Origin: an uncultured Candidatus Rokubacteria bacterium
GTDB lineage: Bacteria; Methylomirabilota; Methylomirabilia; Rokubacteriales; CSP1-6
DNA length: 64,000 nt
Assembly: GCA_963758635.1 (NCBI GenBank)
Contig: CAVWWD010000008.1
Span: forward strand, 512,001-576,000
Reading direction: 5' to 3'
The position numbers were made by a program, and so were the translations under genes. The notes under the pieces are model-generated. The model worked only from the letters and a program-made list of their open reading frames with translations. It did not search any database and was not told where the DNA came from. The stretch's first letter is position 1; each line of letters begins with the position of its first letter. Positions 63,894 to 64,000 of this stretch are shown piece after piece.

Positions 63894-64000
63894 ATGAGAC
63901 ATCGCCGCGGCACGTTCTTCGCCATCGTCATCGCGCTCGCCGTCGTCGTCCTCGCCAGTACCCCGGCGGACGCCCAGCAGGACAAGCCGCGGTACGGCGG
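63894..64000 (+). CDS. Second family 5 substrate-binding protein, 5' end only
   Basis: MRHRRGTFFAIVIALAVVVLASTPADAQQDKPRYGG, paralogous to the start of the previous gene. Confidence 0.7.
   Translation, partial: MRHRRGTFFAIVIALAVVVLASTPADAQQDKPRYG

Overview
High-GC bacterial chromosomal window, almost all protein-coding. The gene content resembles Candidatus Rokubacteria/Methylomirabilota soil MAGs, but that is an inference. At least 15 genes carry single-base frameshifts, most simply explained as long-read consensus errors. From left to right: the end of a benzoate-CoA-ligase-family gene; a compact putative biosynthetic operon (HemN-like radical SAM, Rieske oxygenase, glycosyltransferase, stand-alone A-T-TE NRPS-like enzyme); biotin carboxylase and carrier; a GltIJKL-type ABC transporter; DUF898 plus M48 peptidase; an MltF-like transglycosylase; assorted metabolic genes; an MlaC-SPOR fusion. 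Next is an SOS mutagenesis cassette (imuA-imuB-dnaE2) interrupted by a HAD phosphatase and an unannotated hicBA pair, with a 144-aa mini-intein in DnaE2. Directly downstream lie the C-terminal relic of an integron integrase pointing toward two attC-bounded toxin-antitoxin cassettes (RelE/Phd-like, BrnT/BrnA-like), then a long run of small co-oriented accessory genes and a DUF72-FmdB-GNAT-MshA-like cluster. The window ends with a phosphonate locus, in which a dimethylglycine/sarcosine-dehydrogenase-like (DAO+GcvT) gene sits between phnA and phnW, and a peptide-type ABC transporter. No rRNA, tRNA or CRISPR array was seen.
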